A stretch of DNA of 64,000 bases from Azolla caroliniana. Its lineage: Eukaryota; Plantae; Polypodiophyta. Numbering within the stretch: the first letter of the stretch is position 1; the number at the start of each line of letters is the position of its first letter. A program made the position numbers and the translations under genes. Below, one piece after another: positions 1 through 12,133 of this stretch. The notes under the pieces were generated by a model. It was not told the origin of the DNA. It searched no databases and was given only the letters and a program-made list of their open reading frames with translations. The stretch spans positions 1,550,001-1,614,000 of the forward strand of contig JBHGNT010000017.1 in NCBI GenBank assembly GCA_043228905.1, given 5' to 3'.

Positions 1-3000
1 CGTGGAGACCTCTGCAAACAATATTAACAAATCTGCTTTACTCATAGGTCTAAAATATTAAAAATTTCAGAATTTCATATATTAAAGCTAATGATAAGGA
101 CCTTTCGAACTGGTGATGGTGATGAGTATGAACTTGATCTTCCACGCCGTCTAACTGGAGACCGTGCCCTATTCACCAGAAACCGAGTTAGTTTCCCTTC
201 GTTATCAAAAAATATAAGGCATTCGATTTAGATGTCATGTACCTTCTGGGTGCTGAGCGAGAGCGAGACCTCAAAGGACGCCGAGGCGGAGATCTTGATC
301 GTCTTCGGATAGGTGGTGACCTTCGAGGGGGAGAGCGCACACGTCTAGCTGGGGGCGGAGACCTTCATCACCAATTGAGAGTTAAATTAAAAAATATTCT
401 TTGGGCATAATGTAAACTACAATGATAGGCCATAAGTTGTAGCACAGGAACAAATCTAAAGTGTGCAACCGATAAACTGTAAAGAACAAGTGGGTGTAAG
501 TCAGTTGGTAAAGGGTTCAACCCAACCCATAAATACATCACTAGGTTTACACAGAGAAATAGCAAAATAGGTCAGTTATGAACCCAATGCTTGAGAATGA
601 CCCATCACGAACATAGGCCTGTCCATGTAAAAAGAAAACTGTAAAATAAAATATAGAAACAGTTACCTCCTTCGTAGCACAGGGGATCTTTGCCTCACTG
701 GACTTCCTCTTCCTCGGCGGGGAGATCTACATGGCACAGGTATACTGATTCACTTACTTTTATCTACACAAGTAATACCGAAAACAAAAATCGATTTCAA
801 AAGAAAAATTACCTGATAGGTGATCTCCGCCTTCTACGTGGTGGTGATGGGGATCTCCTCCTTGGAGAACTAGCAGGAGGATGACGGGCACCTTCAGGAC
901 CTCTCCGCCTTGGTGAAACCCCTCGTCGCCTCTCAGCAGATGGAGACCTCCGTCGTAGTGCTGGCGATGGTGACTTTCTACGTGGAGCTATAATTGAATG
1001 AACCAAAGCCAACTCAGTGCCAAGACATATACTTCGAGAAAATGTTCCCAGTGAGTGATTTTAAGCTATATATTTATCAACAGTACATATCATCATTGAA
1101 GTAACAGTCGTATCAATGCAGTTGTGCAAAAGCATTAAGTCTACACACTCCCAAAACTAGATTCAGTATAAATACATTTGAAGTATTCGGTCACAGAACC
1201 TGAAGCCCAGTAAGAGATACAAAGTCTAGTAAAAGATACTTCACAACCATTGAAGGCTATGCTTATGTAGTTGACACATCCCAAACAACACAATAAAAAA
1301 CCCCTAGAATCCACAGACACGAAAAATTGGTCAACTATTCTGTAGATGGTTAGCCTACAAAGTCACAATACACTAGTAATGAATGGTACTAAAAATAGCA
1401 TACATTCTCGACGTCGAGAAAGACCATCTTTCTCCCCTTCGCCTTGGTTAGTTGCTCTTCCACCTGAACTCTTTCTTGAGGGCAGTGGATCCTGTTTAGG
1501 AGGTGGTGATGGTTTCTTTGTAGGAAGAAGTCCAAACTTTATATTAATTATGTTGCCATCAATTTGGCCCTGCAACAGAAAAGTTATAATTCGATGGAGT
1601 TAATCACCCATTAGAATCCCTGAACAATTTTTCATGCCAAAAATAATAGGCATTATTCCATGCTCATCCATTAGAATACTTTGCAAGACTATCATCTACA
1701 TACTTCATGAAGGTGGAGTTGAGCCTTTACAGCATCTGCCTTATTTTTGAAAAACACATATCCATATCCCCTAGGGAGTTGAACCTGAAATAAACCAGGA
1801 AATCACTGAATATTTGTGCGCAAAACAGATTGAAAATATGGTAACAAAAGGGCCCAAAAAATTACCTGTCTATCCATAGCAAGCTCTACCTTCACAATAT
1901 CCCCATAATTACCTAGATACATAAAAAGCATAACATCATTGGCTTGCAAAACCAAAATTCTGTTAGGAGATAAAGAACAAGAATGTTCATATTTTATAAG
2001 CATTCATATGATGACTGCAGTAAATAAATATCGGATGCATTCATGTTCAGAGCTGCTCAGTAATGCATCAAAACGCAGATCATATATTTGTAGTTTTAAA
2101 TACCCAATCCAAGTTTATTCTAATGTTAAGCAATCAGAATGATAAATGTTTTTAAATGCTATCCTGAAGTGTTTGTCTCGGTTAAGAAAACACGGTTTGG
2201 CATCAAACACAATTAAACATGTTCTTTGATGCCAGTCTCTACATAAATCTTTGAAATAGTTATAATTAGAATTTACTCTTGAGATTAAATGACTTAAACA
2301 AAATATTCTATTATGTAAATTTAATGTAACCTACCAAAAATCTCCTTCAGATGTGCATCATTAACATTCCTTGTCAAGTTGCTAACAATCAGAGTATCAG
2401 ATTCGGGAGGTGGAGATGTCTCCTTTCTGAAAGAAATAAAATTTAGAGGGACGATGAAGGATTGGCATAGACATTGACAGGAAAGAGGTGAACTTCAATA
2501 CCTTGTAGGAGAAGACCTTTTCTCCAGGGGGGGAGCAGGTGGAGGAGGAGGAGGAGTCCTTTCTTTTTTGGGAGGGCCAGCCTGATTACTGAAATTAAAG
2601 TAAGTGTAACACCAAACTCTAAGGTTATAAAAAAATAGATCAGAAGGGAACAATGTGGATCAAAATTTCAACAAACAAATGCCTGATATGTAAACAAAAC
2701 AAGCAAAGAAGCAGAAAAAATTTGTAAATTTGTGGACGAATGAGCAAAAGAAAAGCACAAAAGCCTCACCAAAGTGATGGGGATATGTAAGAACATAGAG
2801 GAAGAGCAAGCAAAGAATCTTTCAAGAAAAGCAAAGCATGCACATTATTTCATTTATGCAGGGAACATATTCTGCAGGTTGGGTAAGATAATAAAATTGT
2901 AGTGAACAGAAAATCCTGGAATTCATGTTCGCATAAAATGAGTTGATGATGCAAACCAAACCAAAGGTCGAACAGGAAGAAAAAAAAGTAAAATATAGAA

Positions 3001-3716
3001 GCGACACAGGAAAACCTAAACAAAGCAATTGAATATATCTTTATCAAAGGGCAATATATATATGCAAAATGCAGATAAAGAGTAAAGTACAGCGGAGAAG
3101 AAAAAATGAAGGAAAATAGAAAAATGGAAAATTGCAGAAGAAAATGAAAATTGCAGAGGAAAAAGAGAAGATGGCGACGTGTAAGAAGAAATAATAAAAG
3201 AAATAGAAAACAAGAAGAAAAGCAATCTAGCCAACTCAGGACAATGTGAGCAAAAGAAAAGAAAGCAGGAGAATAGGATAGCAAAGACGATGAATAAAAA
3301 GCAAAAAATGGATAAAAAAACCTCCTCATAAACGCAGGCGAAAACGGAAGAAAGGAAAAAACGCCAAAGAGAGAAGCAGAAGACACCATTGGAAAAGAGC
3401 GCAAGTGATGTTCCAAGTGGAGCAATCGACAGGAGATGTAAGCAAGAAGATCGGAGAGACGAAGTCATATGTTAAAGAGGATCAATCATATATATGTTCG
3501 CACGTACCTTTTATTCCTCCTGTTCCGAGAGATGGGACTGCGGCTTCGGGAAGAATCAGAGGCGCTGGAGGAGAGAGAGCCAGAGCGAGAGCGAGAGCGA
3601 GAGCCAGAAGCAGAAGAGGATGCAGAGCTGGATCCTGAGTAGGAGGAAGACGGAGAGGCGGAGCCGGAGCCGGAGCCGGAAGCAGAGGGGGAGGGAGATC
3701 GTGCAGGTTTCGCCAT
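1..3716 (-). CDS. SR45: Serine/arginine-rich splicing factor SR45 (RNPS1-like; RS-RRM-RS), 3' end beyond window
   Basis: Spliced exons with GT-AG and consistent phase: 3716-3508, 2588-2502, 2426-2335, 1912-1866, 1784-1704, 1569-1404, 987-813, 726-667, 362-243, 168-102, 11-<1. N-terminus MAKPARSPSPSASGSGS..; RRM LIVSNLTRNVNDAHLKEIFGNYGDIVKVELAMDRQVQLPRGYGYVFFKNKADAVKAQLHLHEGQIDGNII; C-terminal RRSP repeats. Confidence 0.95.
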
Positions 3717-6082
3717 CGCCAGAATCTCGCGACGAAGAATCGGGAGGAAGAGCAGACACAGGAAACCCTAAACCTGAGAAGCAAAGAAAGAAAAGAAAAG
3801 AAAAGAAAAGAAGGAAGTGTAAGGCAGGGTGAGTGATTATTGAGTTGTTTTATGAAGAGTATGTATTTCCGCCAAATACCCCTGGGATTTCTCTAAATTC
3901 CCAAAATACCCCCCAACTCCTTCTCATCCGGTTTCTATTGGGTAGTTGTTGTTTTGGATTGAATTTAAGTGAATTTTCCATCTCACACACCAAGTTACTT
4001 ACGAAAGAATGCATACATACATACGCACGCTCCAATAACACTTCAGGGACCTTCGATAATCAAGCGTCTTGATTGAACCAAGCTTAGCATACTTCTGATC
4101 TGAACAAGAGCTGTTTGCAAGTTGTCATTGCTTCGTAGGGGACAAGTTACGGGCTTATCTCTTATCCCATACATCGTGTATCACTTCATTGCTAATGATC
4201 TTGGGAACTCTAAAATGTATGGGATCTTAACTTGTTACAACTTGTATAATAATTACATTGAATGTATCGATTAAGCACATTAGGGCTTTACCTTGCTCCT
4301 AGTAAATTATACATTGAGCCTCTATCATCCCTCAACCTCAACAATGGTCATCGATTCAAATCTTTGTTTTCACACACACATGTATCCGTGTATAAGTTAA
4401 ATTACACGTATGCCATCACCTTGTCAACCCATTGGAACTTACCATCTTGCCATCCTTCAAATGACATTGTTGCCATCTCAACTTCATCTCTCTTTCTTCC
4501 ATAATACTCAAGGGCTACATGATTCCCATGACCATATAGTAGAAGAATGAGACATGCTCCCTAACTTACAAATCAAGAATTGATATATTTGGGAAGCATC
4601 AAAGGCTTGAGTCTTCTCACACCTCCTTCAGCAGTGTAATATAATCGAGATGATGCATCTCACATGGGTTTTTGAGGCGGATCAACATCGCCAATTTCTT
4701 TCCTTATTGCTTTTGGTCTCTTATGTAGGGTTTGTTCATTTCTATTTTTCTCAAATAAGTGATCAAGTCACAAAAATGTGTATCATTTTTGTCTCATAGA
4801 CCACATTGCCCTCTTTAGAGAAGTTAGGGGATCCATGAAAATTGGAGGTAAAATTGTTATTTGTGAAAAAAGAAAACTTTTCAACACAAGCTTCTCAAAT
4901 CATGGTTAGCATACTTGTAAATGTAGTACTAGTAGCAAATCTTGACTTTTATGATGTCAAAATTGCAACAACTAAAGTCCACATAAGATCTTTTGGATTT
5001 CAAGGAATAACATAATCATGTGCATAAAGTGATTACTATGGTTTGATGAGGGTTGCAACATCTAAAGTGTACAAAAAATCTTTTAAATTTCAAGGAATTA
5101 TATAACCACATGCATAGAGCGTTCATTATGATTCCACTAAATCCAACAAGTTTCCAATTCGGCAAAATGAATCTAAAATATATGTAAATTTAGAGTTTCT
5201 CTCCTCAAAGGAAGAGAAAGTTAATTGTGATGTCTCACACAAACATGAAGATATGCTTGTATAAAAGAACATGTGAGTACTTTGTTTCGTGTAAGATTTA
5301 CAAAAACTCTATCAAAGGTTATTCATACTAAAGCACTAGACAATCTTAAAGCATTTCAAATCAAACTAGACTAGGAATAAAGGAAAAATTCAAAGCTATA
5401 ATTATCTACCAAAACCCTTTCCAAGCAAATTCTCATATCCACATGTCAAAATAGTCGTTGTCGGGATCTAGAATTTAATCGGGCTTTTTTGAGTTTACCA
5501 TTTCAAAACACCTCAACATGATTTCATCCAAATTAAAATTGGAGACAGATTTGGGTGGACCCAAAAAAGATGTTCATTAATGAGATTTATACAAAGCGAA
5601 CAGCATTTTGTTCAACAATGGTATTGTTTGTCGAAAAATCAACACGATACATGGAATAAATCGTATAAAGGAATTACAAAGTGATTATCACCAATAAAGT
5701 CGTATTTGTCATTGGCAACCAATACCTCCTATCTACTCAATAATCAATCTTGCATTTGATCATGAAATTCGACTTTGTATTTTTAGCTCTCCGAAGCAAG
5801 GTGTGAGCTGCACCACTCATGCAGCATTTCGCAAACAAATTAATGAAGGGTTTCATATTTTGGCTTTAGGGTCTACGATTTTCATACTTTCGACGAATAA
5901 CTTAAAAACGCCATGGGACTGTGTTTTGTCTCACATCTGAGAAACGGATTCGTACTTCGGGATTCCAAATCATTAGTACTATGACATTTTTAATGCAGCT
6001 GAATGCTTGCCTAAACAAATCATTCAAGGGTGATGAAGGATACCATACTTATACAATTTGGTTTCTGTTTGCACGCATTAAT

Positions 6083-8386
6083 TCACAATTGTTGATCTAA
6101 AAGATTATTGATGGTGGATGTTTGTGATGGTCGAGATGTCAGTACCGAATGAGCTTTGGCAAACCAAGATCCAGCCAATGGTAGAAACAATTTACCTTGG
6201 TATTGCCCATTCTCCTTTTCTACCAAACGGTTTCTCTCCTCCTCCAAAACACTTTGCCATCTCTCCTTCATAAAAGTCATAATCGCGTCTAACCCAGCTT
6301 CAGCAATTTTCATCGGTGGAATCACCAATGGATTATCGATAATATTGAGCCTCTTGAGATTTTGCAACTTTCCAAAAGAGGCTGGTAAAATCTTAATCTG
6401 GTTGCAACTTAAATCAATTTCAACCAAAGAAGTCAAGTCACCAATTGTGTCAGGCAGGGTTTGTAAATCCTTGAAATTGCAGCTAACATCAAGAACTTCC
6501 AAATTTGTCAGATTTCCAATTGCTGAAGGCAAAGCCTTTAACTGATTGAACCTTGCTTCAAGGCGTTTCAATGACTTCAAATTGCAGATTGAAGCTGGAA
6601 GACTCTGTAATTTATTCCACTGAAGTGATAGTTGTTCCAAATCAACCAGACTAAACCCAATTTGTGAGGGAAGGTAAGAAAGTTGGTTCAAATTAGCAAT
6701 TAGAGACACCAAAGAGCTGCAAAATCACATGAAAAGAGAGGTCATTCTCTTTGTTAAGGAATTCAGCTTTCCCCTAGCAGCAAGCCATGTATTTACCAAC
6801 CCTTGTACCCATGTTCAAATCTCACTATGTGCATTACTTTACAAGATGCCATTGTGGAATGTGGGGGTTGAAGGCATGCCTTTCTCGTCTCTGTTGGACA
6901 ACCTTACAACTGTGCAACAGACCTAAGCAGGATTTAGCAATACTTAATGAGCCCTTAATTAACTTGATGCAAATTATTAATTATTAATCAACTAATCAAA
7001 TTATTAATTATTAATTTAAGGTAATTATTAATTAATTAATCAAATTCCATTTGGTATGCCATGAAGGCTGTGTACATTTCTTGTATCAATTAATGCCTAT
7101 ATCTTAAACTCTTTGCACACCAGTGACATCAATATCTACCACTAGTTCATGACTTATCTTTCACATATATAATAGGACACTGAATCATCCTGTTATAATC
7201 AATCACATACTCAATTATTACAAAATAAGTTTATGGAAAAACATTCTATTTGACCCCATATGATTGTTTTCTCTTCCAGTGTATGCTAGCATACCGTATA
7301 ATGTGCCATGATGAGGTAAAAAAGAAGTATACCTGCAATGCAAAATACTTTCTGGAAGGACTGTAAGCTTGTTGGATGAGACATTTAAAACCTTCAGATT
7401 CTTCAGCAAGTTGATAGAATCAGGAAGCGACTCCAAATTGTTGTGCTCCACATTGAGAATCTTAAGGTTCACCAAACCACCAATTGCATAAGATAGCTCC
7501 TACACATGTAATGCAAAAAAATGAAGGATAAGCATAAATATGTCATGTGATTCATGACCTTTGCCATCAACATAATATATTGACGATTCATTCACCTTCA
7601 ATTTATTTTCTGACAGATCAAGTGAGACTACAGTGGATATTCTGCCAAATGCATCCGGGATGTTGGTTAAACCTCGCCCTTTCAAGTCAACTTCGATAAT
7701 TGGTCCTTCTTTAGCTTCTGACAAAATTCTCAACACATCTTCATTAGGATCACCCTCTTCTTCATTTTCCAAAGATCTCAGTGAGGGTGCAGGGGAATGG
7801 GATGTCATTGACAACCTAATTATGTCCATTTCTGCATCCCTCAATAGCAATTCATAGCAACGATATAGCTCATCTGTCTGAATTAAGGCTCTAAAAGGTA
7901 ATTGTGTATTGATTGCATTGGCACGTAGTTCATTCTCTTTCCAAGCCTGTATAACAAGGAATAAACACCACGGAAAACCCTCTTTAGGGTATAGAACAGA
8001 AAGTACAAAAAAACTATATTCATTCAAAGGCCAGAGAAAACAACATCTAGACCCTAGGGTACAAGAATGTAATGCAGTCTCGTTCTGATATTGTTAAAAA
8101 AAAGGCAACCAACGAGGAAAGTGCTGAAGAAAAGCCTGATTAAGGAAAGAAAATAGAGAAAACCTAATTTACAGTAAAAAGAAAACAAAAAGAGCAAACT
8201 TTAAATAAAAATGATTAGGGTAAAAACTAACAAAAAAAAGTCCGCAATTAGGTTAAGAAGACAAAAGCTGCCCAAATTAGATCACAAAAGAAATGAAACC
8301 CTGATTACAGCAAAAAAAGAAAAAAGAAAAAGAAAAAGGAAAACCTAACTAGGGGAAAGCAAACAAAGGAAAATCTAATCAAATAA

Positions 8387-8421
<35 letters not shown>

Positions 8422-8766
8422 GCGGCAGTAGAGATAATGGCATACTAGGTGAGCAGCCCACCGTCGAGGATCCATAGCTGGGGGCAGAGGGGCGAAGTGG
8501 AGACGTTCAAGGTCCAACAAGAGGGAAGCATCAATGGATGTGATCGCATCCCATGCCCTTTCTACTGCCTCGCGCAGAGGAGGCTCTCCGAGAGCATCCA
8601 GATGCCTCCGGCACTCTGCAACGCCTATGAGTGCAGGGGCAGCAGATCCAACTGCTTCTTCTTCTTCTTCTTCTTCATCATCATCATCATCTGCTGATAC
8701 CATCAACGGTGGATGGACTCTGCCACCCATTTGAGCCTCTGATTCTGAGTCTTGGTCCACTGCCAT
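6083..8766 (-). CDS. PIRL: Plant intracellular Ras-group-related LRR protein (PIRL1/2/3/9-like), ~490 aa
   Basis: Exons 8766-8446, 7946-7596, 7499-7333, 6716-6083 splice in frame. N-terminal coiled region, about 10 LxxLPxxIxxLxxL repeats, post-LRR motif [20 protein letters not shown] and terminal LDQQL typical of PIRLs; no signal peptide. Confidence 0.9.
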
Positions 8767-8859
8767 GGAGTTGGGAACTAAAAGAGATCGGTTTTCTACT
8801 CTTTAAGTCTGTTCTTTGTGTCTGCAGACTGCTTCTTCCTCACAAATTTCTTTTGCTTT

Positions 8860-8965
8860 TCCACAAAACCTTTTGGGATTTTCAATTCCTTTGCTTTCTG
8901 CTTTCTGCTTTCTGCTTTTTGTGTTTTGTGTTTTGTGTTTTGCGTTTTGCGTTTTGCGTTTTGCC
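8860..8965. repeat. Compound 6-7 bp microsatellite (TTTCTGC/TTTTGTG/TTTTGCG) upstream of PIRL
   Basis: Tandem short units visible directly. Confidence 0.8.
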
Positions 8966-11588
8966 TAATTTGCGTTCCTCATACATACACATGTGGGAGT
9001 GATGTTTGTTTTATAAGTTATAACAAAGATCTATGTATTTTTCGATGTTTTTTTTTTTTCTTACTCATGATCTTGCTTTGCTCTGCCAGATGTGATGGAC
9101 GAAGGCATTGAGATGGACCCCGCGTGCATGGAGAGAACACTTGTGTATATAATTGGGTAAAGAGCTTTCTCAAACTTCCACCCTAGCGTCCACCTTGTAT
9201 CGCACATCGTTCACATACATTGTATTTGGACACTTTCCTGAGGTCTCCCTCGTCTCTTATGCTTATGTGTTAGTTGTTCAACAAACCATTTGAAGAGTTG
9301 GATCCTCGTCTTTTTCCATTTGGTTTTCATATTTGTGGACAAAAAAAACAACAACTCAAATTCGAGTAGTATAGTCTCGTCCACTTAACATATGAATTTG
9401 ATTTAAAAAATGGTCAATCTTCAAAAGTACCTTGGTCTATATAATTTATTCATTCGCCGTAATTAAAAGCTTTTTATCTCCAAACTTGAAATACAGTTTC
9501 AAATGTGGTTCCTTTTAATTCTTTGGTTGGATTGGGCTACCAATAAGTGAATCATAATGCATGAAAGCCCGAATGGCGATTTATATAATTAACAAGCTTG
9601 ACTAATGTGATCATTCTTAATGTAGTGACAACATGCATGCATTGGTCATGCATTGGCAACTTATGCCAATGGAATGCAATGCAACATATAGAGTGGAATG
9701 ATCATTTGTGTTTTGACTATCTCCTAGTTGGCCTTTAAACGAAACACATAAAGAACACGCACATCCAAATATCAACTTTATTTTCTTGCCCTCGATATTA
9801 CTAGTAGTAAGTGTCTTTTAACACGAAGACATGAGCTCAAATCCCTACATCCACACATAAATGTTAGATTGTCTAACACTTGTCTTCAAGTATAGGCCAC
9901 ACAAAATCATCAATTTTAGCGACCTTGTAGTATCCAATTTGTTGGCATGACCATCCCGAGTATGGATCAAACGACTCTCTCATTCACTCACTTACATTCT
10001 TTTTCTCTCCCTCGTTCCTTTGACCTTCGCAATATTCCATAGATCACAACCAGTTAGTCATGGACATAAACAAAATAATTTTCCCTTCCAAAAACAGTAT
10101 ATAAGTTAAAACAACACGACAATACAAAAAAGCTCATTGTCTCTACCATGGTTGGTAATATTGTGACTAGGTAAACACTCGAAGATTCCTTAAGACCAGC
10201 TTGCATAAAGGGAACTCCTTTGAGGGTATCAATTTGTACCATAGACCCAATACCCAAGGTAGTGAAATGCTCTACCTTGGGCAATGGGAGGGAAAATATC
10301 TAACTCATCGAGTGAAAGCCATTGAAGCATTACAAAAAATCCCCAATTATGATGCCCAAAGTTGTGACTCTAACACATCGCAACACTAAACACCACCATC
10401 ATATACATTAGGGTAAGATGCCATGCAAGGTTTCTCTTTAATCAACTTAGATATGTACATGTCGTCAATGTGCACACAAATCTTAAAAAAATTGTTTTCA
10501 ATTACAAAGAGAGGATATTATAATGTCCTTTGGAGGCCCAAAACATGGCCTATGGCAGCTGAAATGAGCATTACAATAGCCAAATCGCTTAGAGTGGAGG
10601 TTGTAATCACATATTTTCTTAAGCTTTACCATGTGAGTAGAAATCATGTGGATGTGCGTAAAGATGTAGGTAGGATTGTCTTTACGAAGTCATGGGAGGT
10701 TGGTGGAAAGTATGCAATAAAATGATAATGGGAAGCATCGCTAGATTTTGGTGAATGTTTCACATCATAACACAAGATGCTATTTAGACGAGAGAAGATT
10801 GAATAACGGAGGCAACGGGGTTATAAGCAAACAATACATTGATGCAACATGTAGCACGGGAGAAAGTGATATACAATGTGTTGCGGAGATTTGCTAAAAC
10901 ATACAAAATCGAAAGGCCATGACTGCATGCATGTCAACAATCCAGCTACGTGACAAGGGGGGGCAAGATGAAGAATATACAACGCAAAAAGGAAAATCTA
11001 TAACTACACGGTCAGGCCCTCCCTTCAAAAGAATGGACGGAAACGTAACACTTGACAGAACAGGCGGAATGGCAGACATGGTGCATGGAAAGGCACATAC
11101 ATGCTCCGATAGAGGAGGGAGGAGGGACCGATCGAGGGAATGACACGATTGATTGATCCGATGGCCCCGCCGCAAAAGGAAGAGATGGAGCAAGCGTGCC
11201 AATGTGAGTAAAGAGGGAGAGGCCTTTTTTGGGCCGAAGGTCATATTTCTCGATAGATAGAATGGATATGGAATTGTGTGAGAGAGAGATATTAGCGATA
11301 GGTAGAGATAGAGGTGGTTCACACGGAGGGGGTTGGGGGGAGGTAGGGTTAGCGCCTTCTTTCTATTTATGCTCCAAGGGTTTTTTTTAGCTGCCCCCTC
11401 TGTTCTGCTCTTGCTCTGCTCTACAGTGCTCTACTCTGTTTTCTCTCTGTGTTTTCTTCAAAGGAGACAGAAGACAAAGAAAGAAAGAAGAGCAATTCTT
11501 AGGCCTCTTTGCTGGAACACTTTTCGTCGTGCTTTTTCTTCGTCTGTCCCCTTTTCTAGGGTTCCTTTTTTCGCTTCATTGGCTTATA

Positions 11589-11623
<35 letters not shown>
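11589..11623. repeat. (CA)n microsatellite in exportin-T leader region
   Basis: Perfect CA run. Confidence 0.95.
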
Positions 11624-11628
<5 letters not shown>

Positions 11629-12133
11629 GTATATATAGAAGGATCAATCCCTTCTTCATGAAGCTTACTCTGCAGAAGAAGCTCTCTGATTTGCAACGAA
11701 ATATTCTTCTTCTACCACAATCCGAGATTATGCTGTGGGACAACGATTAATTAGAAGCTATGGAAAAGCTTCTCGGATAAGATCCCTTGTCAATGAAAAG
11801 AGCTCGATCAGACTTGCTGTAAGATGTAGAAGAAAAGATTGCCTAGCCTTGAGATTCTTCTTCAAACAAGGTTCCCCAGAAGTATTTTAGAGAGGAGTTA
11901 AAGGAACCATTGACGAACAAGTAGCTCATTCTTCAACCAGCTTTCTCAGAAGTATTGTTTTATGTAATCTTTCCATCACGGTAGTTTTTTATTTGCATTC
12001 CAAACTTCTTGGGAAAGCTTTCTCAAAAATGTGGTCGAGATAAAGCAACCAATGAAGTTGAATCTTGTGCTTCTTCATTCAGAGGTGTTGTAAACGGGGT
12101 AATATTTTCATCAGACTTAGTTTTTGTTTCAGC

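Noticed and set aside
1014-1096. Possible C/D-box snoRNA in SR45 intron 6 (ATGATGA ... CTGA on -)
   Set aside because: No clear terminal stem, D box only about 25 nt from the 3' splice site, and no convincing rRNA antisense element.
2822-3468. Long Phe/Ser/Leu-rich ORFs (191, 150, 68 aa) on the minus strand
   Set aside because: They lie in the pyrimidine-rich SR45 intron 1; low-complexity artefacts.
12065-12133. N-terminal extension of the 604-aa ORF
   Set aside because: Non-ATG start inside a leader intron; homology begins at ATG 12134.
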